A DNA stretch of 40,124 nucleotides from Collodictyon triciliatum. Lineage: Eukaryota. Shown piece after piece: positions 1-22,020 of this stretch. The position numbers and the translations under genes are program-made. Position 1 is the stretch's first letter; each line of letters begins with the position of its first letter. A model generated the notes under the pieces. It was not told the origin of the DNA and did not search any database. It saw only the letters and a list, made by a program, of their open reading frames with translations. The stretch covers positions 1-40,124 of the forward strand of contig JBHJMP010000865.1 in the NCBI GenBank assembly GCA_043381765.1, written 5' to 3'.

Positions 1-98
<98 letters not shown>

Positions 99-99
99 G
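1..99. repeat. Compound microsatellite (TTA)n(TTG)n, intronic in FARSB
   Basis: Directly visible. Confidence 0.97.
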
Positions 100-253
100 G
101 ATGCACGCTCCTTCATGTGCCCTTACTGTGATTCATCGAGTCTGATTCCTCAGCTGAGATAAATGAGTACTACATGGAATTATTCTGACCACAAAATTAT
201 TCTCACGATGATGATGGTGATTATGATGATTACATGTCTAATCCCGATGATAG

Positions 254-1231
254 ACTGCCCAGATCCGTCCTTTTGTCGTTTGTGCTGTTCTTCGAGGAGT
301 CGAGTTTAATTCTCTCAGCTACAATAGCTTCATCGAGTTGCAAGATAAGCTCCACAACAACATTTGTCGGTAAGTGTTAGCGTTTTGGTTGTAGAGAAAG
401 TTGTATTTTTAAGGACTTAAAGTCTGCACATTGCCTCGCTGTAGAAAGAGAACTGTCGTTGCCATCGGCACGCACGACTTGGATACACTGAAGGGTCCTT
501 TCACCTATGAAGCACTCGCGCCAAAGGACATTCGCTTCAAGCCTCTGAACCAAGAGAAGGAATTTAGTGCTGATGAGCTGATGGTGCATTATGAGGTAAT
601 ATAGTTGTATTTCCCCCACCTGATATTATATTTGCTTTATGTCCCTGGTCATACACATATACTCATCAAAATAGTGCTTAAATTAAGCCACCTTTTGAAT
701 TCTTTCATCTGAGTGGAAGGTCAGTCGTAATATTAAGTTTTGAGTGCTCTGAAAAATACGTAATTCCGCTCATCGTACAAATATTTGTAGTCTGATTTGA
801 AGTTGCGGAAATATTTGGACATCATCCGCACAAGTCCAGTTTACCCTGTGATCTATGACTCCAATCGCACTGTTCTTTCCCTCCCTCCCATTATCAACTC
901 CGACCACTCAAAGATTACGCTCAAGACAAAGAACGTCTTTATTGAGTGCACAGCAACTGACCTCACAAAGGCAAAAACAACCCTCAACATCATCGTCACC
1001 ATGTTCTCGCAGTACTGCACAAAACCTTTCACGTAATTTGCTTACAATTATCACAGCTTTGCGATAGAGGTTTGCTGATTAAGGGATTATTGTTTTTTAC
1101 ATACAAAAATACGATAAATTAAATTCGTAATATATATCTTTCTTTTATGAAGAGCTGAGTCAGTTGAGATTGTGTACCAAGCAAGCGGTGAAACCCAGGT
1201 ATTTGTTTCCCTTGTCCCATTCAATCCAAAA

Positions 1232-1306
<75 letters not shown>

Positions 1307-3480
1307 GGGAAAAATAGAGGTAAAATTCACATTTAATCAATTAAAACATTTCGCAGGTTCTTCCTGACCTTTCTGCTAGAACTGTCGAGTTGGATGTCCC
1401 CAAAACCAACAAAAGTATATTTCCCCTTACTTTAACACCATGTATTACTTGCACATGAATTAACATTTCATCATCTCCTGACTCATTTGCAGCCATCGGT
1501 ATTTCGGTGACTGCGGATGAAGTAGTGTCTCTGATTGCCAGGATGCAGTTTGTTTCGGAAAAGAAGGACGAAAACACAGTCGTGGTGACCATTCCGCCAT
1601 CTCGCCCTGATGTGCTACACATTTGCGATGTGATTGAAGATGTCGCTGTTGCTTACGGTAGGGAATTAACACACGTTTATGCACTTTTACATTCAAATAT
1701 TAATATATTAACTCACTTGTAAATTTACATGCGGATATGTGTATTCAATGATACTTATTCTCATCTTTGTCTTTGATTCAGGATATAATAATATCGTCAA
1801 GACCATCCCCAAAACGTTGACCACTGGACGACAACTCCCCTTGAACAAGCTCTCTGATATGCTTCGTCAAGAGTTTGCCTTCTCTGGGTACACTGAAATC
1901 CTTAACTTGACACTCGTACGTGGATCAGTTTCTCGTTTCATTGCCTTTCATCTATCGTTAACCTGAACCTCTGGAAAATTAAAATATGAATTTACTCAAA
2001 CCATCTATATCATATTGAATTGATGGACTGCTTCATATCGACTCATCTGGGTGTGGGTTTTTTTCTCTTTTCTATACTTCAAAAAGTGTTCGTTCGATGA
2101 TAACTACACAAACCTTCGCCGTCCCTCTGATAGCAAAGCTGTGTGCATCGCCAATCCACAAACACCTGAATTCCAGGTACGCCCATTTCTCTATAATATT
2201 GAGACTTTCCCATCGCCCTCTAATATATCTACACATACAATATACGACCTGTTGATGTATTTTGCATCGTTTTTGCTTTTATCGAAGTTCAAGGCCACTG
2301 TGCTTGATATTCCATATGTGAAGGATTCCTTAATGATTTCTTTAAAATAATAATAATTGTAATGCAAAGGTTATTCGCACCTCGTTGATTCCCGGTATCT
2401 TGAAAACTTTGAGCGCGAACAAAAAGACACCCCTTCCTATTCAGATTTTCGAAGTTGGTGATGTGGTAGGTTTCATATGATATCTGTGCCAGTGCACACG
2501 AAACAAATGAGCCTGTTTAATAAATGTGGGAAGATTCTTAAATTTACTCGATTTCTTGCATATTAAAAATCTTGCACGCTTGGAGGTTCTGAAAGATGCG
2601 TCAAAAGATGTTGGGTCTGCTAATCACAGGAGAATGCTTGCTGCATATGCTGGAACTGGCTCTGGGTTCGAGGTCGATTATACAGCCTTTACTATTAATT
2701 TGTTTAAATATTTTTGAAAGAAAGCTATTACTGGATGAGAAAATTTGTGTATATTTTTTATTCCTTTATCTCACCCGACACAATTGTGAGCCATGAATTC
2801 ATAGACAGCGGAGAATGTATAGTTTACACAAATCTCATGTGTTTTTAAACCATCTACCAGAACGTGCACGGGTTGATGGACCGAATCTTCAAAATGCTTC
2901 GCGTTCCGTGGAGCCAGAACGGCGGGTCTACTGGCTACTTCATCAAGCCATCAGAAGGTTGGTTAGTTAATAAAACCATAAGGAGAAACCATGATGTCCG
3001 TCGCACGCACTTCCCTTTCTGCTATCCTGATTCTATCCATGCTTTGGCTGACACCACAAATGTTCCAACATCTACCGATATTGACCATGTCCCAAAATCC
3101 CCAGACCCTGCCTTCTTTGATGGTCGGTGTGCTGACGTTATCTACAATGGTTCGAAGGCTAGTTATTTGATTTGATTTGATTTGATTTGATTTGATTTGA
3201 TTTGATTTGATTTGATTTGATTTGATTTGATTTAATTTGATTTGATTTGCGTGAAACGAACACACTGATAGCCACGCTAAAGCATGTCGATATTTTTTCT
3301 ATCCGGAGTATTTTCGTTTAGCTTGTGAAATTTATTTCTGTATGTGCGCTCTAACGATGAAGCTCATGATTATTGCCACAGGTTGGTGTTATCGGAATCA
3401 TCCACCCTTTCGTGCTGGAGAAGTTTGAGGTTCCTTTCTCTTGCTCGCTTTTCGAATTGGACGTCGAGGCTTTCTTGTAA
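254..3480 (+). CDS. FARSB: Cytosolic phenylalanyl-tRNA synthetase beta subunit; 5'-partial, 13 exons visible
   Basis: Spliced translation: [176 protein letters not shown], ending at TAA 3478-3480. These are eukaryotic PheRS-beta B3/4, B5 and core motifs. The N-terminus lies upstream of the window. Confidence 0.96.
1231..1306. repeat. (AAAG)n microsatellite, intronic
   Basis: Directly visible. Confidence 0.97.
3158..3381 (+). other. GC-AG intron (last intron of FARSB)
   Basis: AAG|GCTAGT...CACAG|GTT restores [15 protein letters not shown] found no phase-0 GT donor that preserves the conserved sequence. Confidence 0.75.
3165..3249. repeat. (ATTTG)n pentanucleotide microsatellite, intronic
   Basis: Directly visible, starting just after the GC donor. 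Confidence 0.97.
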
Positions 3481-4262
3481 AAGCCAAACACCATTTCGGC
3501 TCCCCCTCCTTACTTTTTCCAACCGAACGACAACAATGCAATATCGGTCAAAACATAAAGAAAAATGGGCGAACCAAGCAGACGGAAAATGAAGCAAGAA
3601 TTAAGGAAATGGTCAAAGCAAGAAGGTAGACAACAGCAAGCAGAATCCCCGACAAGCGAAGATGGAAAAAACACAAGTGCCTGACTAGCGACAACCGAGG
3701 TTGCTCTCGACGTTTTCTTTCTGTATTTGGATCGACGAATCCAGACAATCCTTAGACTTTCCAAATTTGCCAAAGACCAACATTCAATCCATAACCATAT
3801 CATTTCTTTGAACAGGCAATGTGCTGTGGCGCGATTAGTTTCTATTTGTGGAATATACGTTCGGAACATTTGTCCTTATTTTTTTTGTTTTCTTGAGACA
3901 ATCCGTCAGCGCGTCAGTTTCGGACGGGTTGGTTACAAGGCGAGTTTCGGGTTGCGCTTCTTTTCTCCCTTTTCTTCTATTTCTTCTTTTTCTTCTTTTC
4001 TTTCACATGCACATTCTGGTTGAATGCCGCACTCCACAAACGATTCGAGTCACCCGCCCAAGAGGCACTTGTGGTAATTCGACTCTTTGTCAACTGATGG
4101 AGCAGCGTTTGCACTCGATAAGTGTTTTTTTTTGTTTTTTTCTTTTTCTTCTTCTTTTTCTTTTTCTTTTTCTTTTCTTTTATTTTTTCTTTCTTTGTGA
4201 CCTGGATTAAAGAAATTGGCTGCTTAATGCAAAGGTTAGCGTCGAGTCTTGCGGCGGGGGCA

Positions 4263-8433
<4,171 letters not shown>

Positions 8434-9454
8434 ACGCCTGTATTCAGTTATCATTATGGGTGCATATGTCATCAAGGAGTCGTTTTTGCATATGAGGTAT
8501 GAATCAGTCGACACACCTTCACTTTCTTTGCATTGTGGACGTGCCAAAATAGGCATTTGCCGTTTTTCTCTCCCTCTTTTAAACGCGTTCTATCCGTTTG
8601 CACAAACCAACGGAAGGATCAGATGGCATCCAGAACACGTTTTGCTGTTTTCTTTTTTTTGCTATATACCTGCCTCTACTATTTTATTTATTTTTTTGTT
8701 TAATTGGGCAATCGCAATTACTTTTGCTGTTCAGTGAGTGAAGTTGCTTATCCAGAAACATTCCATTCTCTCTCCCTCACTCATTTTTTTTTTTTTTTTT
8801 ACTTTATACTTTATACTTTATCTTTTTTTTTCACACTTTACGGGTGGCGCAGGTGGGACCGAAACTCATGGGCTGCTGCTTGGTTAAGCAAAGAATAACC
8901 GTGTGATGTCTCGAAAAGAAGCAGCTCTCAGAATGCTGTTCCTGTGACTTTCTCTCTTTCTCTCCTTCTGTAACGCTTTTGTTACTTTCTGTATGACTTC
9001 TGCATTTAAAGCCATTATGGTTGAAAATCACGTTGCTTTCTTTCTCGTGCCATTCCCATCCTTGCGCGCTTTTTTTTGTTTTTTGTTTTGTTTGTCTCCT
9101 ATGTGTTTGTGTTTCTATTTGACTCTTTGTTTCGCAACTGCCCTCAGAATGACCGATGTTCTGCCCATTTATGCGGATGATTTCTGAAACCCGCTCTTCG
9201 CATGTCCTTTTTTTTTATTTTATTTTATTTTTTATTTGGCTTGTTTGTTTTCTTTTTCGCTTTGTACAATGTTCCGTTCTCATCTCCCATTCTGCCACTT
9301 TGCCCATAGAGCAGTCAACCATGATTATAAAGAAAAACTTACCAAAAAAAAGAAAAAGAAAGGCTTACGCCCTTGTACTCCCTTTAACAACCCTCACTAT
9401 TGGTTGCACAAAGCATCATAGCAAACCCTGCGCTCAGGCAGATTCCCCCAAGGA

Positions 9455-15638
<6,184 letters not shown>

Positions 15639-16121
15639 CCTCCTCTGCTGTCTCTCTTTCTCTCTATCCCAATTGTGCATCTGATGAACAAATGTACCAT
15701 CATTTTTTGCATGCCTAGATTCACCGTGTATAGTTGTTGTTTTTTTATGTCTTCGAGATGATTCTAATAGCGGTGTACCCATGAAATACTTCTCTCACTG
15801 CTCTCTGCTCTTTTTTTTTTTCTCTTCCTTTTATTAAAAAAAAAATAATCTCCGATTCACGCAACTGATTTCACTATCAGCCATTAAATTTTAATTCATC
15901 ATTTATAATTTACTTGCGTGTTTCACCTGCGTTCTGCATGTATCTTCTATCTGCTCACCGATTTCTCTTGTTGGTTGTACACAATCTCCATCAAGAACAT
16001 CAAAGCCATCACTTCTGTCGATGATGGCATCACAGCGGAGGTGGTTGTCGTCCTCTGTACCTCGGGCAGCTGCTATGCAGAGGAACGAACTGTCATCAAA
16101 TCCGCTCCTGTGGGATTGGCA

Positions 16122-18072
16122 CTACTGACTCTTTTCTGTATCACCCGCATCAAGGAATGCAGGGATTGTATTGGAGGTGTCGTTATACGAGGATTCAACC
16201 ATCAGAGCCCCACCCACTCCTGGTGCCTGGTATGGCACCGCATTCGTCCGAGCAAGTGTCTTGCATTCCTCGACGATTGTTTCTGCGCCGATCGGCTTAA
16301 TATCCGGTCTGTATCTTGCAATTTCGGACTGTTGTTCGTAATACTGTAAAAACAGATGATATTGGCCATTAGTATGCGTAACGTAGATATGCGTAGCGTA
16401 GATATATCTTTGAAACATCAAACAGAATAGACATGTAATTGAATATATATATTCGTAAGTTTCCTCTTCCTCCTTTTCTTTCTTCCTATTTCAGAGCAGA
16501 GAGTTCGGTATAGTTTCTTGCATGGAGAATAATATATGTGAGCGAAATACCTGTCTGTAGGAAGGTGCATTCGAAGCGTTCTTTTCCAACCACTCTTTTG
16601 CTGGCAGCACGTGGTTGCCCCAGAAATCGGCCAGATGAGGAATCAGCCTCTTTTCGGTCCACTCCTTGTTGTAAGTGACTTTGAAAAGCACAGACCTGTA
16701 TGAGACTGTCAAATAATTGTATGCATAAAGCTGTCACATGATTATGTGCCCAAATGCGTTGTTGAGAGGAGGCGGCGGTTAAAAAAATAAATAAATATAT
16801 ACATGTATAAAAAAGGTGATTCTTGACTTTGTGTGTGAGAGAGAGGGGCGTGAAAAGCACTATAAAACGAACTTTGTTTTGGTCCAATTGATGAAATAGC
16901 AGTGCTCTCTCCCGGTGACATACAGCTGCCCCATAACCTAAGAAAAAGGAATATGAATGAGCAAGTTATGTATAGGATTAATTGCCATGAAGAATCCCTG
17001 ATTGGATGATGACCTGGGGGATGTGCAAATAGCTGAAGCTCTTGTTTAGCCTCTCGAAGGGGCATTTGACCTCCAACAGAGATACTCCGTCCTCCAACAA
17101 CCCATCTGGCGAGCATCCCAACCATGGTTTTTCAAAGCGTTTGTCCTAACCTCATAACAAACGCTTGTCAAAGCCAACATTCTGATGAACAAGAGGAATG
17201 CTCTATTCTTGGTAGAGTATTTACCAACGATGCCAACAGCATTATCTCTTCTATTCGTGTATCTAATGCCTTGATATATAGAGATAGGGGAATGAGTATT
17301 TGTTGAGCGAGCATACGTCGATCGTCCAGTAGTGTCCATTCAAAACTTTTTTGCCTGTTTGCATCGAGAATTCTCGTCGGCCTTTTTCTTCGTTATCCAC
17401 GCCGTGTTTCATTCGCTGCAAAACAAACAGATGAATGCTCGTTCACACCCAGCGCAAAGAAAGAAGGAAAAAAATGAAAATGAAAATGAAAAGGAATACA
17501 ATATAACAGAACATAATCATGGCGACTGCAATAACCAATGAATAAAGACATATATGTGAATAAAAAGAGCAAAAGAGTTTTTTTTTTAAAAAAAAAAAAT
17601 AAGCCGCATACTTCACCCGCTTTCGGCGTTGTAAGCTCGGGTGTGTCCATGAAAACCTGCCTCACAGCATGCAAAGACAGAAAAGGGGGGAGAACTATGT
17701 TTCAATATCAAACAACTAGCCGGATAACAATAGCTGCGGGTCTGTGTGAATGGCTGCGTATTGAAACGTGTGCTTTCTTTGTATTTCTTTCTGAAATGAG
17801 CCACTAAATGCATGCAAAAAAGAAAAAAAAGGAAAAAAGGAAAAAAAAGGGAAAAAAAAGGAAAAAAAAAAGGGAAAAAAAGGAACCTTCTTTTCCCACA
17901 AACGGGCACGGCCGAAAGTCTCCTGCCAAGTGATGAGACCAGCAGCCAAGGCGAACTCTGAAGCATTGAGATAGTTTGCGCGCAGTTTGAGCCACTCGGG
18001 AGTTCGTTGCTGGACGTTTTGGAGATGCTGCCGAACCAAAGTCTGCCCGCCTTTGACACCCGCACCCGCCAT
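16122..18072 (-). CDS. YqaJ-like viral recombinase / lambda-exonuclease-like PD-(D/E)XK nuclease, about 9 exons
   Basis: Spliced translation: QQRTPEWLKLRANYLNASEFALAAG..RMKHGVDNEEKGRREFSMQTGKKV..PWLGCSPDGLLEDGVSLLEVKCPF (exon 17014-17145)..IPQVMGQLYVTGREHCYFINWT..LADFWGNHVLPAKEWL. All family motifs are present in order. First stop is TAG at 16124-16122. Confidence 0.88.
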
Positions 18073-18533
18073 CCTTCTGTCTGGCCCACCGCAGAATCAA
18101 AGGGGCGTAAGTCAGACTCTGCCTTCTGTGCGCGACTTCGAATCCTTGTTCGTCTTTTGCTGCCCCGCCCAAACGCCGCACCCGGCTTGTTTGCGGATCT
18201 CAGCGGAAATATATATTCCAGTTATGTGTATTGGCCGTTGCGGTTGCGGTTTGTGTCTGGCAAAGGGTGTTGCTTGGGTGGGAGAGATAACAAAAAAATA
18301 AAAATAAAATGATTTGGTAGCCCACACCCTTGATTGGACAGGCGAAGCCGGGGTGCTTGTGTCGTGCGGCCGGCGGTGTTTGTGATGGTGAAATGGGCGG
18401 TGTATTGCGGTGAATGATGGGAGGGGCAAACAAGGACGAGGAGAAGAGGCGGGGGATGTCGAACTAATTTTCACAAAATTAGCAGAGTGGCACAAGAAGA
18501 TGGTGCGGGTGGAAGATGAGAAGAGAAAGAGGA

Positions 18534-18649
18534 AAGAGAAAAGAAAAAGAGAAAAAGAGAAAAAGAGAAAAAGAGAAAAAGAGAAAAAGAGAAAAAGAGA
18601 AAAAGAGAAAAAGAGAAAAAGAGAAAAAGAGAAAAAGAGAAAAAGAGAA
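18534..18649. repeat. (GAGAAAAA/GAGAAAA)n purine tandem repeat between CK1 and the nuclease gene
   Basis: Directly visible. Confidence 0.93.
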
Positions 18650-18830
18650 AGGGAGGGCAGGTCAGGGGAGAATAGGAGTGGGTGAATCAACAAATCGAAA
18701 ACAAGCAAAGAAAGAAGAGAAAAAGATGGAATGAAAGCAGTAGGCGGGTCTTCATCTCTCGTCAGGTTGAATGGGCTCCCGCTTGCTCGGAGAACGGCAG
18801 AAGTGTGTGATTCCTACAGCCGTGCGTCCG

Positions 18831-20941
18831 TTACTCTGCCTTGGGCGGGGACGTGGGAGGCTGTGCTTGTGCTGTGCTGGGTGCTTCGCCAGGCTTGGAC
18901 TGCGTGGCCCACACATGGATTGCGTTAGAGCGTCCGACGCGATGGAGGAGTGGATGGATGGAGCTAATAGAAACAGAGAAGAGAGTGTATAGATGCCAAA
19001 GCAGAGTTGAATTAAAAGAGAGAATACTTGTGAACGCAAAAAGATCCAGTCGTAGTAGTAGTCGCAGCTGTACAGTTCGCGGACCATGCAGTCGCGGAAG
19101 AGCTTTCTCACGTATGCGTAGTCAGGCTTGTCTTCGAAGCGCAGCGAGCGGCAGTAGAGGAGGAATGTGGAGAATACATCTAAGTGTCATTATGGTCGCG
19201 TGGTCGCATTTAGTCTTCCTTATGATGATTTTGGGATATGGCGCTCTCTCACGTGCTTCTTTCATGTTAGTGGTGTCTTCTCATAGATGGCAATAGATGG
19301 CGTATATTGCCGTATGGCGATGAGAAAACATTGCAGATAGATGCCGTATTTGTTTTGCTTGAGAATTATGCTTACGAGGAAGCCCCTTGCAGAGGGTCTC
19401 GATTGAGGTGGACATCTTGACCTGGCCGATCTTTTCGTACTTTTGCTGCTTCGTGTTTGCGTTGAGTCCTTGCCACGGCAGAGAACCCTTCAAGAAGTAG
19501 ATCAGGACGTATCCCAGAGCCTCCAGATCGTCTCGTCGACTTTGTTCTGTAAATGGTCGTGTTGAGTGGAAGATAATTTCTCTCTCTATCTCTATTCTTT
19601 TTCGCCGATTCTCAGTCTCGGATAATGAAAAGGCTGCAATGGGGTTAATATGATTATGGTTTGCCAGCTTTCAAATTCATCTTGGCTCTTACCAATTCCC
19701 ATGTGGGCATTGACAGAGGCGTATCGTGCTGTTCCTGTCAGGCTTTTGTTCTCTCGATAGGGTATGTGCTGGTGAGTGTGGGGGTCGCGATACTTCTTTG
19801 CAAGGCCCATATCGATCATATAGACGATGTGGCTGCGCTTCCCCACACCCATGAGAAAGTTGTCCGGCTTGATGTCACGATGAATGAAGCATTTGGAGTG
19901 GAGAAACTCGATGCGGAGAATCTGCACAGATTGATAGCAAATAAGACATTGTTTGTTGTGCTCATATGTTTCAGGGTTTTGTTATTGACCATCGTATGAG
20001 TGAGTTGCGTCCAAAGGGGGTTTCTTTTTTAGCGTTTTTTTTTTTTTTGTAAACTAGGTGTACCATTTGGTCGGCAAGCATAAGAACAGTTTTTAAGGAA
20101 AATCGACGACCACAGCAGTTAAAAAGATCCTCCAAGCTTGGCCCGAGCAGATCCATGACTAGAAAGTTGTGTTCATTTTCACAACCATAATATCGGACAT
20201 AGGGGAATCCAGCTAAGTTGAGAAATACAGTGTCAGTATCTTTCTTCGCATGGTTTCCAGATATTTTAAATAAGTTCACAAATTCAAAAAGAAAAAGTGC
20301 TCGGAGAGCACTGAGAGTAGCTTTAGGTGTAAAGAACGTAGTTGTTACTAGGTAAGGCATTGAAGGAATGCTGGAGCAGTTTGCTTTGAGGGAATAAAGA
20401 CAAGATTTCATGAGGAAAAAAAACTCACTTCCGCCTGCAAGAATGCGATAAAGCTTGTACTCATACTCCAGCTGGGGGTAACGTGTGTTTGCGGCTTCCA
20501 CTTTGACGGCAACTTCCTCATTCTCCTCAGTGACACCTGCCAAGGAAGAAATCAACGCATGTTTGGCTTAGGGTGACATGATAAAAAGGAGGCCACGTGA
20601 ATATGCTGGCGTGAATTCTTGTTTAATAGGTATTGTGTACCGTGGTAAATGTCGCCGAAAGCGCCACTGCCGATTCTTTTAACGAGGCGGTAACGCCCAG
20701 CGATTTTATAATCAACCAGCGATCCTGTGTGTTGTGGAGTTGAGGGCTTCGTTTTTAGTTTTGTTATCTTTTTGTTTTCTTTTGCTTTTGGTTTGCCATG
20801 TTAGGTTTTAGTATAGACGATCACTAAGAGCATCATGATAGCAAACGAGCTTTCCTTTTCTTCTCACTCGATTTTGTCTCATCCAAAATATTTTCTTTTT
20901 TAAAAGATCGCTGTAAGAAACTCACGTGTAACTGGTGGCAT
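18831..20941 (-). CDS. Casein kinase I (delta/epsilon/alpha-like), 8 exons; N-terminus may extend to 21488
   Basis: Motifs: [122 protein letters not shown]. Short tail ends ..PPTSPPKAE* (TAA 18833-18831). Confidence 0.96.
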
Positions 20942-21930
20942 TCTATCTGGGGTTGTGCAGTGTTTGAGGGGGTTTCTTGTCTTTGCGGGTGCTTGTTGGG
21001 GATATCGGCTGCTGTAGTAAGCCTTGGCCTATATTATGGGTGGCTTTTCTGTTACACTCTGACAATAGAAAAGCTAAGATGAAAAGAAACAAAATAGTAG
21101 GAAGGGGAGAGGCCGCGACACAAGGCAGGCAGAATCTGTGGGAAGACAAAAGGCTGTCCAGTGCCACACTGTCCTGCTTTGGCCTCCTTTGATTTCTTCT
21201 TTTTAACAGAGTCTCTCGTGGCTGTTTTTTTTTTTTGTTCTTCAGGGTTTCGGGTCGCAACAACTTCCCCGGAGAATGCGTGTGTCTGTGCCGGTGGCAT
21301 GTGAACGAGAAAGCGAAAAAACGATTTGCGCTTGTGAATAATACATCACAGCTTTGCGGCATAACAAACTCTCTCCTCCTTTTCGCTGCCCATTGTTTGG
21401 CTCGGGCTTTGCTTTGATCCGATCGGAGGTCTTGCCTGGCACTCATCTGATTCAATTCTGTCGCAAATGTTGCAGGTTTCGGTTGCATACTAGTCTTGGA
21501 CTGGAAAATCTTGTGGCATTACTTTATTTGACAATTCAATTAAATTGAATTATTTTAATCCTTTTTAATGAATATTAACTAAATATGCATATATATGTAT
21601 ATTAGATTGCATAGATCAGATATCATTCGTTAATTTACGATGCATTTGGATTTTTCTCTGCGCCTTAGCGCACCACAACAGGTGGAAACAGGGTGGAAAC
21701 TACACGATTATATGTGGAATATATAGATATAATCGTATTTATCCACCGGACGGCTCGATGTGCAATTACACTAGCATATTATTGTATATATATGTATCAT
21801 GCGCATGTCTTTATTTTGAAGAAGAGACAGGTTCGATTTGGTTGAGGTTTACGCCATTTTGAACATTCGAACATTTAAAACATCCTCATCCACACCGAAG
21901 TTTAGGCGCATCGCACCAAAAATAAATGTC

Positions 21931-21931
<1 letters not shown>

Positions 21932-22018
<87 letters not shown>
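21932..22018. repeat. Poly-A tract (about 87 nt) between CK1 and MSH6
   Basis: Directly visible. Confidence 0.97.

Positions 22019-22020
<2 letters not shown>

Noticed and set aside
15918-16349. 143-aa plus-strand ORF as a separate gene
   Set aside because: It is the codon-aligned antisense shadow of the nuclease last exon and its extension, starts at GTG and has no recognisable motifs.
21932-22018. Poly-A tract as a retrotransposon or retrogene tail
   Set aside because: No target-site duplication or upstream element body is visible, and long homopolymers are common in this window.
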